Below, piece after piece: positions 8,052 through 18,123 of a stretch of 64,000 nt of DNA. The notes beneath the pieces are model-generated. The model saw only the letters and a list, made by a program, of their open reading frames with translations. It was not told the DNA's origin and did not search any database. Where the stretch lies: contig CAZUBJ010000001.1 in the NCBI GenBank assembly GCA_964618705.1, forward strand, positions 2,050 through 66,049, given 5' to 3'. The translations under genes and the position numbers were made by a program. Position 1 is the first letter of the stretch; every line of letters begins with the position of its first letter. Source of the stretch: an uncultured Candidatus Saccharibacteria bacterium. Lineage in GTDB: Bacteria; Patescibacteriota; Minisyncoccia; Phycocordibacterales; Phycocordibacteraceae.

Positions 8052-10454
8052 TTATGCGAGGTAGCTTGCTGCTTCTTCGGGCGAGAGCGTATCGGCGTCA
8101 ATACTTTCGGGAAGCGATATGCGACGGAGCCCCTTTTTGAGGAAGTAGCCAGACTTTGATTTATAGAGCGTCAGCGTCTTTCCGGTCTTTGGGTGCTTTC
8201 CAATCTCGCGCACAATGGTCACGCCCTTTGGTGGAAGTTTTGGCTCGGCAAGCACTGCCACTGCACGTTCCAGTGTAATGGTATACGGGTCGTCGCCCTT
8301 CTTAAGGGAACGGAACTCGCCATCGTGACCGATGTACGGGCCAAAGCGTCCGATGTTTGCAATCATCGTTTTGCCCGTGTCAGGGTGCGCCCCCAACTCG
8401 CGTGGAAGTGAGAGGTAGTGCAGAGCAAGTTTCAAATCAACCGTATCAAGTGGAACTCCTGCGGGAATACTTGCACGACGAAGTTCTGGCTTGGGCTCTG
8501 CTGGCTTCTTCGGCTTTCGCTTGCTTGGCTTGCCGCTTTTGGTAAGGAGCGGAACGTCCTCGGCCGGCGCAACTTCCTTTGGAGGAAGCACCAACTCCAC
8601 GTACGGACCAAAGCGGCCCGTCTTTACATAAATGGGGCTACCTGTAGCAGGGTCAGTGCCAATTGGTTCGTCCGGCTTTACTTCGGTCCCGTCTTCTTGG
8701 CGCGCACCTTCACATTCAGGATAGCGGGTACAACTCATAAAGATACCTCCACGTCCGAGCTTGAACTCCATGGACGCACTACATAACGGACAGGTGAACT
8801 CCGCAGGCACGGCGCCAAGTGAGGTTGCCTTTGGCAGATCCTCCTTGCTCGCTACGGCCTTGGCAAACGGGGTGTAGAACTCCTTGAGCGTCTCTGCGTA
8901 TCCGCGCTCACCGCGAGCAATCTCGTCGAGCTCGTTCTCCATTTCCGCGGTGAATGAATCAGAAACATACTCGGCAAAGTGTTCTTCAAGCCATCCTGAA
9001 ACCACCATACCGGTTGCCGTTGGCGTGAGTGTGCGACCGGTCTTCTCCACGTAACCGCGATCTTGAATGGTCTTCATGATGCTTGCGTAGGTAGATGGTC
9101 TGCCGATACCACGCTTCTCAAGCTCCTTCACAAGTCCAGCTTCAGTGTAGCGATTTGGTGGTTCGGTTTGCTTTTCAAGCGAGCCAAGTTTAATAACGTC
9201 GACGGATTCGCCGACAGTCAGCAATGGAAGTTCAACGTCCTCGCCACGTGCACGCGTATCACACGCAAGCCATCCTGGAGAAATGAGACGGGAACCATTT
9301 GTGCTGAAAAGGGGAATATCCGCCTCCGCTTTAATCTTCACAGCAGTGCGCAGCATGCGCGCGGCCTTCATTTGTGAGGCAAGGGTACGTGCTCGGATAA
9401 GCTCGTAGAGCGCCTGCTCGTCTCCTGGTGTACCAGCACGAGCTCGGGCAGGGTCAGTTGGACGTACGGCTTCGTGCGCCTCCTGTGCATTCTTGCTGGT
9501 TGTCTTATATGCACGAGTCTCGACGTTAGCTGCACCAAATTCTTTTGATACTACCTCGGCAATCTTTGTCACTGCGTCCTTTGCAAGATTTACTGAGTCG
9601 GTACGCATGTAGGTGATGTGTCCTGCCTCATACAGCTTCTGCGCTGCACGCATAGTGCGGCTTGGAGAGAAGCCAAGACGAGTTGACGCGACCTGTTGCA
9701 GTGTAGAAGTGGTGAATGGTGGACGTGGCTTTCGTTCCTCCTCGCGCTCAGTAATATCGCTGATGCTCCAACTGCTTGCACGACCAAGCGTGACGATGCG
9801 TGTCGCTTCTTCGCTCGTGGTTGGCTCTACGGTGCACGCCGCAGGAATGTCCCCGCCCGTTGCATGGAATACAGCGTCGAGTGAGTAGTACGTCTCGGGA
9901 ACAAACGCCTGAATCTCGCGTTCGCGCTCAGCTAGGATGCGAAGTGCAGGGGATTGCACGCGACCTGCTGAGAGCCCGTAGCGCACCTTCTTCCAGATAA
10001 GGCCCGAGAGATCGTAGCCCACAAGTCGGTCTAGCACGCGGCGTGCCTCCTGTGCTTTGCGGAGATTCTCATCAATCTCGCGAGGGTGCTTGAGTGCTTC
10101 CTCCACCGCATTCTTAGTAATTTCGTAAAACACCACGCGCTTCGGATGCTTCATACCCACTGCCTCCTTAACGTGCCAGGCAATGGCTTCACCTTCACGG
10201 TCGGGGTCAGTCGCAAGGAAAATCTCGTCTGCTTTTTTTGCCGCCGTAACGATACGTTCAATTACGTCGCGCTTGTCCGGGGAAACAACGTAGCGCGGCG
10301 TAAATCCATTCTCAATATCGACCGCATCCTTGTTTGTTTTAGGGAGGTCGCGCACGTGACCTACGGATGCCAATACTTCATAGCCAGTACCAAGGTACTG
10401 GCCAATCGTGCGTGCTTTTGCGGGAGACTCTACAATAAGAAGTTTCTTTGCCAT
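8052..10454 (-). CDS. topA: DNA topoisomerase I
   Basis: MAKKLLIVESPAKARTIG marks the Toprim domain, YITYMRTDS carries the catalytic Tyr, and the C-terminus has Zn-ribbon-like Cys and Lys-rich repeats. I chose the start at MAKKLL (ATG 10454). Confidence 0.9.
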   Translation of the reverse strand: MAKKLLIVESPAKARTIGQYLGTGYEVLASVGHVRDLPKTNKDAVDIENGFTPRYVVSPDKRDVIERIVTAAKKADEIFLATDPDREGEAIAWHVKEAVGMKHPKRVVFYEITKNAVEEALKHPREIDENLRKAQEARRVLDRLVGYDLSGLIWKKVRYGLSAGRVQSPALRILAEREREIQAFVPETYYSLDAVFHATGGDIPAACTVEPTTSEEATRIVTLGRASSWSISDITEREEERKPRPPFTTSTLQQVASTRLGFSPSRTMRAAQKLYEAGHITYMRTDSVNLAKDAVTKIAEVVSKEFGAANVETRAYKTTSKNAQEAHEAVRPTDPARARAGTPGDEQALYELIRARTLASQMKAARMLRTAVKIKAEADIPLFSTNGSRLISPGWLACDTRARGEDVELPLLTVGESVDVIKLGSLEKQTEPPNRYTEAGLVKELEKRGIGRPSTYASIMKTIQDRGYVEKTGRTLTPTATGMVVSGWLEEHFAEYVSDSFTAEMENELDEIARGERGYAETLKEFYTPFAKAVASKEDLPKATSLGAVPAEFTCPLCSASMEFKLGRGGIFMSCTRYPECEGARQEDGTEVKPDEPIGTDPATGSPIYVKTGRFGPYVELVLPPKEVAPAEDVPLLTKSGKPSKRKPKKPAEPKPELRRASIPAGVPLDTVDLKLALHYLSLPRELGAHPDTGKTMIANIGRFGPYIGHDGEFRSLKKGDDPYTITLERAVAVLAEPKLPPKGVTIVREIGKHPKTGKTLTLYKSKSGYFLKKGLRRISLPESIDADTLSPEEAASYLA

Positions 10455-10515
10455 TTGCCTATGCATAACGCGCATACCTATATATAGTCAAGCGAGAACG
10501 AATGCACAGTGGTCG

Positions 10516-11376
10516 TTACACTCTGCACCAAGCACCAAATTCTTCTTTGAGTATGCCGCGGATTTCTAGCATGACGAGTGCGGTGAGTACTTCTCCGGCA
10601 GGCAGTCCCGAGTCGCGGATAATCTCGTCGCGTGCTCTTGGTTGTGCAAGCAGTTCGTAGAGCACCAGCTCCTGGGGAGTGAGGTCTCTAAGCGGCACCT
10701 GGCGTGACTCGGCCTTCTGGGAAATGCCGAGCGCTTCCAGAATATGTGCTGGCTCTGCAACAAGGGCCGCACCAAGACGAATGAAGAGGTTGGCAGCGTA
10801 GCCACCTCGGTCCCCAATGCGGTACGGCACGCATAGTAAGTCGCGATTGTATTCGCCCGAGAGCCGCGCTGTGATGAGTGTGCCCGAGCGTTCTGCCGCT
10901 TCAACGACAAGTACGGCGCGGGCAATACCCACCATGAGCCGGTTACGAGCAGGGAACATCCATGGCGCCGCTTGGGTCTCTGGAGGATACTCACTTATGA
11001 GTGCGCCTCCTGAATCTAGAATATTTGCGGCAAGTCCAGTGTTAGTTCTCGGCGCGATTGCTCGGTCATCTATGCCAGAGCCTGGAAAGGCGATGGTGTG
11101 AAGTCCTGCTGAAAGTGCGGCCCGGTGCGCGCACGCGTCAGCACCAAGTGCGAGTCCTGAGACAATGCACACTGGATAGCCAGCAAGTCCAGCAATCAAA
11201 CGCTCAGTTGCTTCTCGCCCATACGAAGAGAGGTCGCGAGAGCCAACAACGGTAAGGTATACCGTTCCCGCGGGTGGGAGGCTGCCTCGTATAAAAAGTG
11301 AGGGTGGGACATCAGGTATTTCCCGAAGCCCTTCGGGGTAGTCCGCAGGAGAGAGTTGTCGCATTTGGGTCTCCAT
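10516..11376 (-). CDS. dprA: DNA processing protein DprA (Smf)
   Basis: The Rossmann-like core SGLALGADACAHRAAL, VLGSG... and a C-terminal wHTH-like domain are present. It lies immediately upstream of topA, which is the conserved smf-topA arrangement. Confidence 0.8.
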   Translation of the reverse strand: METQMRQLSPADYPEGLREIPDVPPSLFIRGSLPPAGTVYLTVVGSRDLSSYGREATERLIAGLAGYPVCIVSGLALGADACAHRAALSAGLHTIAFPGSGIDDRAIAPRTNTGLAANILDSGGALISEYPPETQAAPWMFPARNRLMVGIARAVLVVEAAERSGTLITARLSGEYNRDLLCVPYRIGDRGGYAANLFIRLGAALVAEPAHILEALGISQKAESRQVPLRDLTPQELVLYELLAQPRARDEIIRDSGLPAGEVLTALVMLEIRGILKEEFGAWCRV

Positions 11377-11401
11377 ACTATGCTTTCCTTATTATAGTCC
11401 T

Positions 11402-12670
11402 ATGCTCGATATTCACTTCATTCGCGAGAACAAAGAACTGGTACAGGAAGGTGCCCGTAAAAAGCACATCGATGTAGACATTGACCGTCTCATCGGTGTG
11501 GACGATGAACGTAAGCGCCTTCGCACTGAGCTCGACGAGAAGCGTGCAGAGCAGAACCGCGCGAGCCAGAGCATTGTGAATCTCTCTGGCGAGGAGAAGG
11601 AGAAGCTCCTTGAATCACTAAAGACCCTTAAGGAGGGTATGGCAGAAGCCGAGGAGAAGCTTGTCGGTGTTATGGAGGAGTGGCAGCGCCTCATGCTGTC
11701 TGTTCCAAATATTCCCGACATGACGGTTCCTGAGGGTGATAGCGATGCGGACAATGTAGAGGTTCGCACGTGGGGCGAAATACCAACGTTTGCCTTTGCT
11801 CCGAAGGACCATGTCGAGCTGATGACCAATCTTGGTATGGCGGACTTTGAACGCGGCACCAAGGTGGCAGGATTTCGTGGCTACTTCCTGAAGGGCGATG
11901 GTGTGCTGCTTGCAAACGCCGTGTCGCAGCTTGCGCTCATGCATTTTGTGAAGAAAGGCTTTGAGCCACTCATCACTCCGTCTTTGGTGCGACGCGAGAC
12001 GTTTTTGGGAACAGGATACCTTCCGCAAAGCGAAGAAGATTTGTATAAGACGCAGGACGGTGAGTACCTCTCAGGTACGGCTGAAGTGGCGACGATGGGC
12101 TACTACATGAATGAAACACTTGAAGCGAGTCAGCTGCCCGTAAAGTTCGTGTCCTACTCTCCGTGTTTCCGTCGCGAGGCAGGAAGTCACAGTAAGGACA
12201 CCAAGGGGCTCATTCGTGTGCACGAATTTTTCAAGTGGGAGCAGGTGGTGTTGTGTGAAGCCTCGCACACTGAATCAGTGCGCTTGCACGAGGAACTTAC
12301 GCAGAATTCAGAAGAGTTCTTGCAGCTCCTGAATCTCCCGTACCATGTGGTGGTTAATTGTGGTGGAGACTTGGGTCTTGGGCAGGTGAAGAAGTACGAC
12401 ATAGAAGCGTGGATGCCATCGCAGAACACATACCGCGAAACGCACTCCTCGTCATACTTCCACGATTTCCAGACCAGGCGCCTCACCACGCGCTACCGTG
12501 ATAGCGAAGGTAAGTTGCAGTTTGCTCACTCGCTCAACAACACTGCGGTTGCCATGCCACGCATTCTTTCCATGCTTGTAGAGAATTATCAGCAGGAAGA
12601 CGGCACTATCCGTGTGCCGGAAGCGCTCGTCCCCTATGTCGGCAAAGAAATCCTGGGACGTAGTGCGTAG
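11402..12670 (+). CDS. serS: Serine--tRNA ligase
   Basis: It has the N-terminal coiled-coil arm plus the class II core motifs (FRREAGS, GLIRVHEF, NCGGDLG). Confidence 0.9.
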   Translation: MLDIHFIRENKELVQEGARKKHIDVDIDRLIGVDDERKRLRTELDEKRAEQNRASQSIVNLSGEEKEKLLESLKTLKEGMAEAEEKLVGVMEEWQRLMLSVPNIPDMTVPEGDSDADNVEVRTWGEIPTFAFAPKDHVELMTNLGMADFERGTKVAGFRGYFLKGDGVLLANAVSQLALMHFVKKGFEPLITPSLVRRETFLGTGYLPQSEEDLYKTQDGEYLSGTAEVATMGYYMNETLEASQLPVKFVSYSPCFRREAGSHSKDTKGLIRVHEFFKWEQVVLCEASHTESVRLHEELTQNSEEFLQLLNLPYHVVVNCGGDLGLGQVKKYDIEAWMPSQNTYRETHSSSYFHDFQTRRLTTRYRDSEGKLQFAHSLNNTAVAMPRILSMLVENYQQEDGTIRVPEALVPYVGKEILGRSA

Positions 12671-13631
12671 TGCGCCGCCTGCGCGTGCGCCCGTTTCTGT
12701 ACCTGCGCCTACGCGCGTACGCAGAAATGCTGCGCCTAAACCTACCCGAAAGGTGCAGCCAGCACAACAGTCAGTAGTTGCAACCCGTACCCGCAGGCAG
12801 CCCATTTCGGGCGAGCCGCTTCGTGTGCGCAGGGCGCGCGCCAAGCGCATGTTCTACATCGGTCTTGGTGTGTTCGCAGCACTCATTGTAGCTGCGCTGT
12901 TGTATGCCGCGTGGATGCCTGCACTTCGTATCGAGCATGTCGACGTTGAGGGGCAAGACGCGGAAAGTATCCGTGTGATTGCAGCGGCCTCACTAGAAGG
13001 AACGCACGCGTTCATTGTTCCGCGCAATTCTATTTTCTTTGTTCCCGAATCAGACATGCGTAAGCGAATCCTGGCGGCACATCCGCACATTGTGGCTGTA
13101 TCGTTCCATGCTGCAGGGTTGCAGGGCATACGAGTAGTGCCCGTGCTTCGTTCCAGTGCCTTTCTATGGTGTGGCGCTTCCTACAGTGAGAAATTGGATA
13201 CCTGCTACGGCGCTGACGCAGACGGCTATGTTTTTGCACCGTACACGGGAGCAGAACCAGTCGCTTCATCGACACTACTTCTCAAGGTGTATGTGCCACT
13301 TGAAGGTGGCGCTACAGAGCCATTGCGTGCACATGTAGGTTATGCAAGCGCAATCCCGAATTCTCTGCGTCTTGCCAAGACGTTCCGTTCACTCGGTGCC
13401 AATATTGCCGAGCTGGCCATTCGGGATGACGAAGCTGACTTCTATACGGTTGGAGGAACGCGCATCACCTACGTGATTGATAAGGAGAAGACGGCAGCGC
13501 AACTTGCGGCAAGCGTATTCCCGCAAGTGTCCCTCAATGAGGGTTCTGTTGAGTACGTGGACCTACGCTTTGATAGCAAGGTGTATCTACGAAAGGAAGC
13601 TCAAATCGCTGAAGATCCAGAGGCACCCTAG
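12612..13631 (+). CDS. Cell division protein FtsQ/DivIB-like (basic N-terminal tail, one TM, POTRA-like domain). The start is uncertain.
   Basis: The single TM is FYIGLGVFAALIVAALLYAAW, followed by the POTRA-like LRIEHVDVEG....IVPRNSIFFVP. The track ORF overlaps the serS 3' end by 59 nt, and an alternative ATG lies at 12849. Confidence 0.5.
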   Translation: MCRKRSSPMSAKKSWDVVRSAPPARAPVSVPAPTRVRRNAAPKPTRKVQPAQQSVVATRTRRQPISGEPLRVRRARAKRMFYIGLGVFAALIVAALLYAAWMPALRIEHVDVEGQDAESIRVIAAASLEGTHAFIVPRNSIFFVPESDMRKRILAAHPHIVAVSFHAAGLQGIRVVPVLRSSAFLWCGASYSEKLDTCYGADADGYVFAPYTGAEPVASSTLLLKVYVPLEGGATEPLRAHVGYASAIPNSLRLAKTFRSLGANIAELAIRDDEADFYTVGGTRITYVIDKEKTAAQLAASVFPQVSLNEGSVEYVDLRFDSKVYLRKEAQIAEDPEAP

Positions 13632-13664
13632 ACAGTACTAGCTAAGTGCGGTACCCATACTTCT

Positions 13665-14630
13665 ATGACGTCATTTTGGAACGAGCTCCCACGACCATTC
13701 TTTGTACTTGCGCCCATGGCGGACGTGACTGACCCCGCGTATCGCGCACTTATTGCAGAGACTGGAAAGCCAGACGTCACCTGGACCGAGTTTGTCTCAG
13801 CCGATGGACTCTACGCTACGCGTGAACGCAAGCTAATGCCTGACGCAGAGAATCCGCTTCTGCGCGATTTACAGTTTAGCGAAGCAGAGCGCCCAATCGT
13901 AGCTCAGCTCTTCTCAAGCAACCCAGAGAACATGGCGTATGCCGCAAAGCTGTGCGCTACGCTTGGCTTTGACGGAGTGGATATCAACATGGGTTGTCCC
14001 GACAAGGCTATTGAGAAGCAGGGCTGTGGCTCAGCGATGATGCGGAACCCAGAGAAGGCACGCGCAATCATTCGCGCAGCGAAGGAGAGTGGGCTACCAG
14101 TATCAGTAAAGACTCGTATTGGGTACAACAGCGAGAACATGGACGAGTGGCTCACACAGGTCCTTGAAGAAAAACCCGCAGCGCTCACGGTGCATTTACG
14201 TACGCGCAAGGAGATGAGCAAGGTGCCTGCGCACTGGCTCCTTATGCCACGCGCAGTAGCTATTCGTGACCGCGTAAGCCCCGAGACATTCATTCTCGGG
14301 AATGGTGACGTGGAAACTATTGCAGATGCACGAGAGAAGGTGGCGGCGAGCGGCGCAGACGGCGTCATGCTTGGTCGCGCTATTTTTGGTAATCCATGGC
14401 TCTTTTTGGGAAAGACGCGTGAGGAAGTATCTAAGGAAGAAAAGGTGACCGCCCTTCTCTCGCTTGCTGTACGGTACCAGGCGCTTGCCCCGCAGAAGTC
14501 GTTCCACATCCTTAAGAAGCACGTGAAGGCATTCATTGTGGGGTTTGATGATGCTGCGCCGCTCCGAGCTGCTCTCATGGACGCACCTGACTTTGATGCC
14601 TTCCTCCAGGTTCTTGAGAGTGCCGCCTAG
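13665..14630 (+). CDS. dus: tRNA-dihydrouridine synthase (Dus family)
   Basis: The LAPMADVTD, INMGCP and KTRIG motifs place it in the FMN-dependent TIM-barrel Dus family. Confidence 0.85.
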   Translation: MTSFWNELPRPFFVLAPMADVTDPAYRALIAETGKPDVTWTEFVSADGLYATRERKLMPDAENPLLRDLQFSEAERPIVAQLFSSNPENMAYAAKLCATLGFDGVDINMGCPDKAIEKQGCGSAMMRNPEKARAIIRAAKESGLPVSVKTRIGYNSENMDEWLTQVLEEKPAALTVHLRTRKEMSKVPAHWLLMPRAVAIRDRVSPETFILGNGDVETIADAREKVAASGADGVMLGRAIFGNPWLFLGKTREEVSKEEKVTALLSLAVRYQALAPQKSFHILKKHVKAFIVGFDDAAPLRAALMDAPDFDAFLQVLESAA

Positions 14631-14648
14631 CTGGTATACTGCACGGTA

Positions 14649-15683
14649 ATGGCACATCAGTCGCTGTATCGCGCATATCGTCCGCACACCTTTGACGACC
14701 TGGTAGGACAGGACCACATCGTTCGTCCCCTGAAGGAGCAGCTGGCAAGCAAAAAAATTGGGCACGCGTACTTGTTCTCTGGAAGTCGCGGACTTGGCAA
14801 GACGTCCGTTGCGCGAATCTTCGCGCGTGAGCTTGGGACTGACGAGCGTGATGTGTACGAAATAGATGCTGCGTCAAACAATAGCGTGGAAGATATTCGT
14901 GCACTCACCGAACAGGTATACACCCTGCCATTCAACTCTTCTTTCAAGCTCTACATCCTAGACGAGGCGCACATGCTCTCGAAGAGTGCGTGGAATGCGT
15001 TCCTTAAGACACTTGAAGAGCCACCAGCGCATGCAATTTTTGTACTTGCTACTACGGAGCTTGAGAAAGTTCCTGAGACGGTGCGCTCACGTTGTCAGGT
15101 GTTTGAATTTAAGAAACCAACGCGCGAAGTACTTTCCGGCGTCGTTGCCCGTGTTTCAAAAAAAGAAGGGTACACGCTAGAGCCAGCTGCTGCAGACCTG
15201 GTTGCGCTGTTGGCCGACGGCTCCTATCGCGACGCACTCTCGGTGTTGGAGAAGGTGCTCGCATCAGCCACCGACAAGAAACTGAGTCTTTCCGAAGTCG
15301 AGCAAGCAACAGGGGCGCCACGTCATGCGCTTGTGCATGATTTAGCCGCAGCGCTTTCGGCAGCTACTCCGGAAGCAGCCCTTGTGGCCGTCAGGTCTGC
15401 AGGAACGCAGGGAGTAGACATGAATTTGTATCTGACCCTTGTGCTTGAGCACATGCGCGCGGTGCTCTTGGTGCGTCACGCGCCAGAACTTCGCAAGGAG
15501 ATTGCTCTCGAGCTTGGGAGCGATGTGTATGGGGAAGTCGAGATACTTGCGGGTGCAAAGGATTCCAAACTTACGCACGACACCCTTCGTGTGTTTCTGG
15601 ACGCAGCCAGCCGCATTCGCTTTTCTCCTATTCCATCCCTCCCGCTTGAGCTTGCAGTGATGGAGGTTTCCAGGCAGGATTAG
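14649..15683 (+). CDS. dnaX: DNA polymerase III subunit gamma/tau, short form (344 aa, domains I-III only)
   Basis: YRAYRPHTFDDLVGQDHI, the Walker A GSRGLGKTS and the SRC motif SRCQVFEF identify it. It lacks the tau C-terminal domains. Confidence 0.8.
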   Translation: MAHQSLYRAYRPHTFDDLVGQDHIVRPLKEQLASKKIGHAYLFSGSRGLGKTSVARIFARELGTDERDVYEIDAASNNSVEDIRALTEQVYTLPFNSSFKLYILDEAHMLSKSAWNAFLKTLEEPPAHAIFVLATTELEKVPETVRSRCQVFEFKKPTREVLSGVVARVSKKEGYTLEPAAADLVALLADGSYRDALSVLEKVLASATDKKLSLSEVEQATGAPRHALVHDLAAALSAATPEAALVAVRSAGTQGVDMNLYLTLVLEHMRAVLLVRHAPELRKEIALELGSDVYGEVEILAGAKDSKLTHDTLRVFLDAASRIRFSPIPSLPLELAVMEVSRQD

Positions 15684-15710
15684 AGAGTTCGAAATATTTG
15701 TAGGTAGAGC

Positions 15711-15781
15711 TGGGAGATCGTCTAATGGTAGGACAGCGGCCTTTGAAGCCGTGAATCTAGGTTCGATCCCTAGTCTCCCAG
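15711..15781 (+). tRNA. tRNA-Gln (anticodon TTG)
   Basis: It folds as acceptor TGGGAGA/TCTCCCA (a U1-A72 pair, as in E. coli tRNA-Gln), anticodon arm GCGGC-CTTTGAA-GCCGT, T-arm CTAGG-TTCGATC-CCTAG and discriminator G. Confidence 0.8.
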
Positions 15782-15877
15782 CTGTGCCCGGAAATCATCG
15801 ATAGGTTGCCTTGTTTGCCTTTCAAAATAGTTTCGATACCGTCTCAGACATCCAGCAATATTTGCTAAGATACTTTT

Positions 15878-16390
15878 ATGAAATTAGTGATACTTAACGG
15901 ACCTGCTGGAGTTGGCAAGTCTACCGTTGCAGAAAAGTTGCACGCTGAGATGCCAATGGCGTTCTTGGTGAATGTGGATGCTTGGAGAAGACAAATAAGT
16001 CAGTGGAGGGAAATGAGAAGGGAGAGCCAGGTACTGTCATACAAAATCGCAGCGGCAGCTATAGGTGCGTGTCTTGCCGATGGACACGACGTAATTGTCG
16101 ATAAAGCGATTCTGAATGATGACAGTACTCTCGAAGAGCTCGTGGCAACTGGAGAGAAGTTTGGTGCCGATGTTCACGAAATCATCCTTACAGCGGATAA
16201 AGACGTGGTGATGAATAGAGCCATTAGTAGAGGCTTTAATCCCGCAGGACTACTAAATGAGGAAATGGTTGAAACTCTTTGGAATCTATCCCAAGATTTG
16301 CGAGAGACTAGACCGAATGCAGTTGTCATTGACACCAGTGCCCTAAGCCCCGAGGAGGTTTACGAGAGTGTTAGAAGCATCGTTCTGTAA
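15878..16390 (+). CDS. P-loop NTPase, predicted small-molecule/nucleotide kinase (AAA_33-like)
   Basis: The Walker A motif is LNGPAGVGKST. Its size (170 aa) and layout resemble shikimate-kinase-like or zeta-toxin-like kinases. Confidence 0.5.
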   Translation: MKLVILNGPAGVGKSTVAEKLHAEMPMAFLVNVDAWRRQISQWREMRRESQVLSYKIAAAAIGACLADGHDVIVDKAILNDDSTLEELVATGEKFGADVHEIILTADKDVVMNRAISRGFNPAGLLNEEMVETLWNLSQDLRETRPNAVVIDTSALSPEEVYESVRSIVL

Positions 16391-16472
16391 AGTTTCAATC
16401 ATTGTCCCAGATTGCCAGCACAGTACGCTTCACCTGCCTACAAATGAACCTCGGGTGGAGTACACTAGTGCT

Positions 16473-17072
16473 ATGAAAATGATTCTCATAAGAGTGGTGC
16501 TGTTCGCCGTAGTCTTGGCGGTATTGTTCTACGCACTCAACACCTATATCTATACAGAAAAGCAGGCGCGCTCACCTTTGCCTCCTGCGCCAACGGTAAG
16601 TGATTACAAAGACGCAGACTACCAGATAGATGGTACCGTCGTTCACTTATCGCATGGGGTTTCCGAGACTGAAGCTGCGCCAGGCTCTGCTTCGAAAATC
16701 ACGACTCGGTATTTTGGGAATGAGTACAAAACAGATTTGAATCATGACGGACGTGAAGATGTGGTGTTTCTTCTTACGCAAGAGACTGGTGGTAGTGGCA
16801 CGTTCTACTACGTTGTAGCAGCGCTCAATACTGAGCAGGGCTACGTTGGAAGCGACGGGTATTTGCTCGGCGACAGAATTGCGCCGCAGTCGACTGGCCC
16901 GAGTCAGAGTCCTCGCCATAAGGACGTTGTCGTCGTGAACTACGCTGAACGAGCCGCAGGTGAGCCTGTGACGACTCCACCGTCAGTAGGAAGAAGTGCG
17001 TACCTAAAGTTAGACATTGCTTCAATGCAGTGGGGAATAGTGGAGCCTGATTTTGAAGGAGAATCGCGCTAG
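16473..17072 (+). CDS. Membrane-anchored hypothetical protein (N-terminal TM, extracytoplasmic domain)
   Basis: The TM helix is MKMILIRVVLFAVVLAVLFYAL. I chose the start at ATG 16473; the track ORF starts earlier at 16368. Confidence 0.45.
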   Translation: MKMILIRVVLFAVVLAVLFYALNTYIYTEKQARSPLPPAPTVSDYKDADYQIDGTVVHLSHGVSETEAAPGSASKITTRYFGNEYKTDLNHDGREDVVFLLTQETGGSGTFYYVVAALNTEQGYVGSDGYLLGDRIAPQSTGPSQSPRHKDVVVVNYAERAAGEPVTTPPSVGRSAYLKLDIASMQWGIVEPDFEGESR

Positions 17073-17111
17073 TGCTCGATACAGCACGTCCCACTGGAGT
17101 AGAATAGGTGT

Positions 17112-17417
17112 ATGAAGAAGAAAGGTGTAGTCCACAGCTTGCCTCTCGATTTGCGCAAGGCGATAAATGCCTCCCCGAAGGCAGCATCATCGTGGAAGGA
17201 CATTACGTCACTCGCGCGAAACGAGTGGATTTGTTGGGTAACGTCAGGAAAGAAGGCAGAGACGCGCGGAATTCGGATTGAGAAGACAATTTCAAAACTG
17301 AGTGGGGCATGCGTCGCCCATGCTGTTTTGCTGGCTGCTCTCACAGATAAAAAGAAGCCGCCCGGAGCGAGGCGGAGGATGCTCCGGGCGCTTCAGGCGG
17401 CTATGTTCGCGGGATGA
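17112..17417 (+). CDS. YdeI/OmpD-associated (OmdA) family protein
   Basis: KAINASPKAASSWKDITSLARNEWICWV matches the YdeI/OmdA family. The 3' end overlaps the terminator hairpin of the convergent minus-strand gene. Confidence 0.4.
   Translation: MKKKGVVHSLPLDLRKAINASPKAASSWKDITSLARNEWICWVTSGKKAETRGIRIEKTISKLSGACVAHAVLLAALTDKKKPPGARRRMLRALQAAMFAG
17360..17389 (-). terminator. Rho-independent terminator for gene 17401-17940 (GCCCGGAGC-N12-GCTCCGGGC followed by a TTTTTAT tail on the minus strand)
   Basis: A 9-bp inverted repeat is preceded on the plus strand by the ATAAAAAGAAG A-tract. Confidence 0.5.
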
Positions 17418-17940
17418 CGTGGTACAGCGCGACGTGGGCCTCGCCAAGAATCAACGAATCGGCGCCGTAGGTAGTCAGCATCAGTCTGCCGGGGAGGAAG
17501 TCGAACTCCAGATGAGGAAAAAACTCCATCAGCTCCTCCCGTGCCTGTGCCAGTGCTCTGGCGTTCCGATAGTGTTTGTCGCAGTGGCCCTGCAAGTCGA
17601 TGACGAAGGTCGGCTTCTGTTTCCGGTAGGAAACAGAAATCAGGGCGTGGGCTGTGCGTGGATTGTGCTCCGCGAGGGCTTCCGGTGAAGGGAACTTGAC
17701 GCGACAGACCTGGCACGTCAGCTCGTAGGCCCGCGCCTCGCGAAGTTCAGCCTCGCACTTCTTGCAGCGCTGGTCCAGCGGAACTTCAACGAAGGCGGAA
17801 TCAACAAGGATGTCATGCAGATTCACGTCCTTCGCCCCGCAGGCAGCCTGTTTGGCATTGCCTTGAGTAAGGTCGCGCAGGTGAATCTTATCCTGCAAGA
17901 CGGCAATGTTTCTGGTTCCAGTGTGTTCGGCTTGAGTCAC
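17401..17940 (-). CDS. Hypothetical protein with a C4 zinc-ribbon (CKKCE...CQVCR), in a GC-rich islet
   Basis: The ORF is 179 aa at about 59% GC. A terminator hairpin (17360-17389) with a T-tract follows it on the minus strand. Confidence 0.45.
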   Translation of the reverse strand: MTQAEHTGTRNIAVLQDKIHLRDLTQGNAKQAACGAKDVNLHDILVDSAFVEVPLDQRCKKCEAELREARAYELTCQVCRVKFPSPEALAEHNPRTAHALISVSYRKQKPTFVIDLQGHCDKHYRNARALAQAREELMEFFPHLEFDFLPGRLMLTTYGADSLILGEAHVALYHVIPRT

Positions 17941-18080
17941 GATGTGTCTCCTCGTTTCTGGTGACTATGGGAATGTACAGCTCATTCAGTGCTGTTATAC
18001 CACAGTACTACAGTTTTGTCACCCTCTCCTTGCGAGGTGCTAGAGAAGGTGCCCATGTAATAGGAAGTTCATGCAGAAAA

Positions 18081-18112
18081 CCCACCGGGGCGGGTAGTCC
18101 GCAGCCGGTGGG
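18081..18112 (-). terminator. Hairpin terminator (CCCACCGG-N16-CCGGTGGG) with a T-tract on the minus strand
   Basis: An 8-bp inverted repeat is preceded on the plus strand by GCAGAAAA. Confidence 0.45.
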
Positions 18113-18123
18113 CTGATTCAGTT

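Noticed and set aside
14745-14757. An A7 homopolymer in dnaX as a possible programmed frameshift site
   Set aside because: The run encodes Lys-Lys near the N-terminus, just before the Walker A. It does not sit at the domain III/IV boundary where the gamma/tau frameshift occurs, and the gene lacks tau C-terminal domains anyway.
13904-14765. Minus-strand ORFs of 224 and 189 aa inside dus and dnaX
   Set aside because: They are shadow ORFs opposite conserved enzymes, with no motifs.
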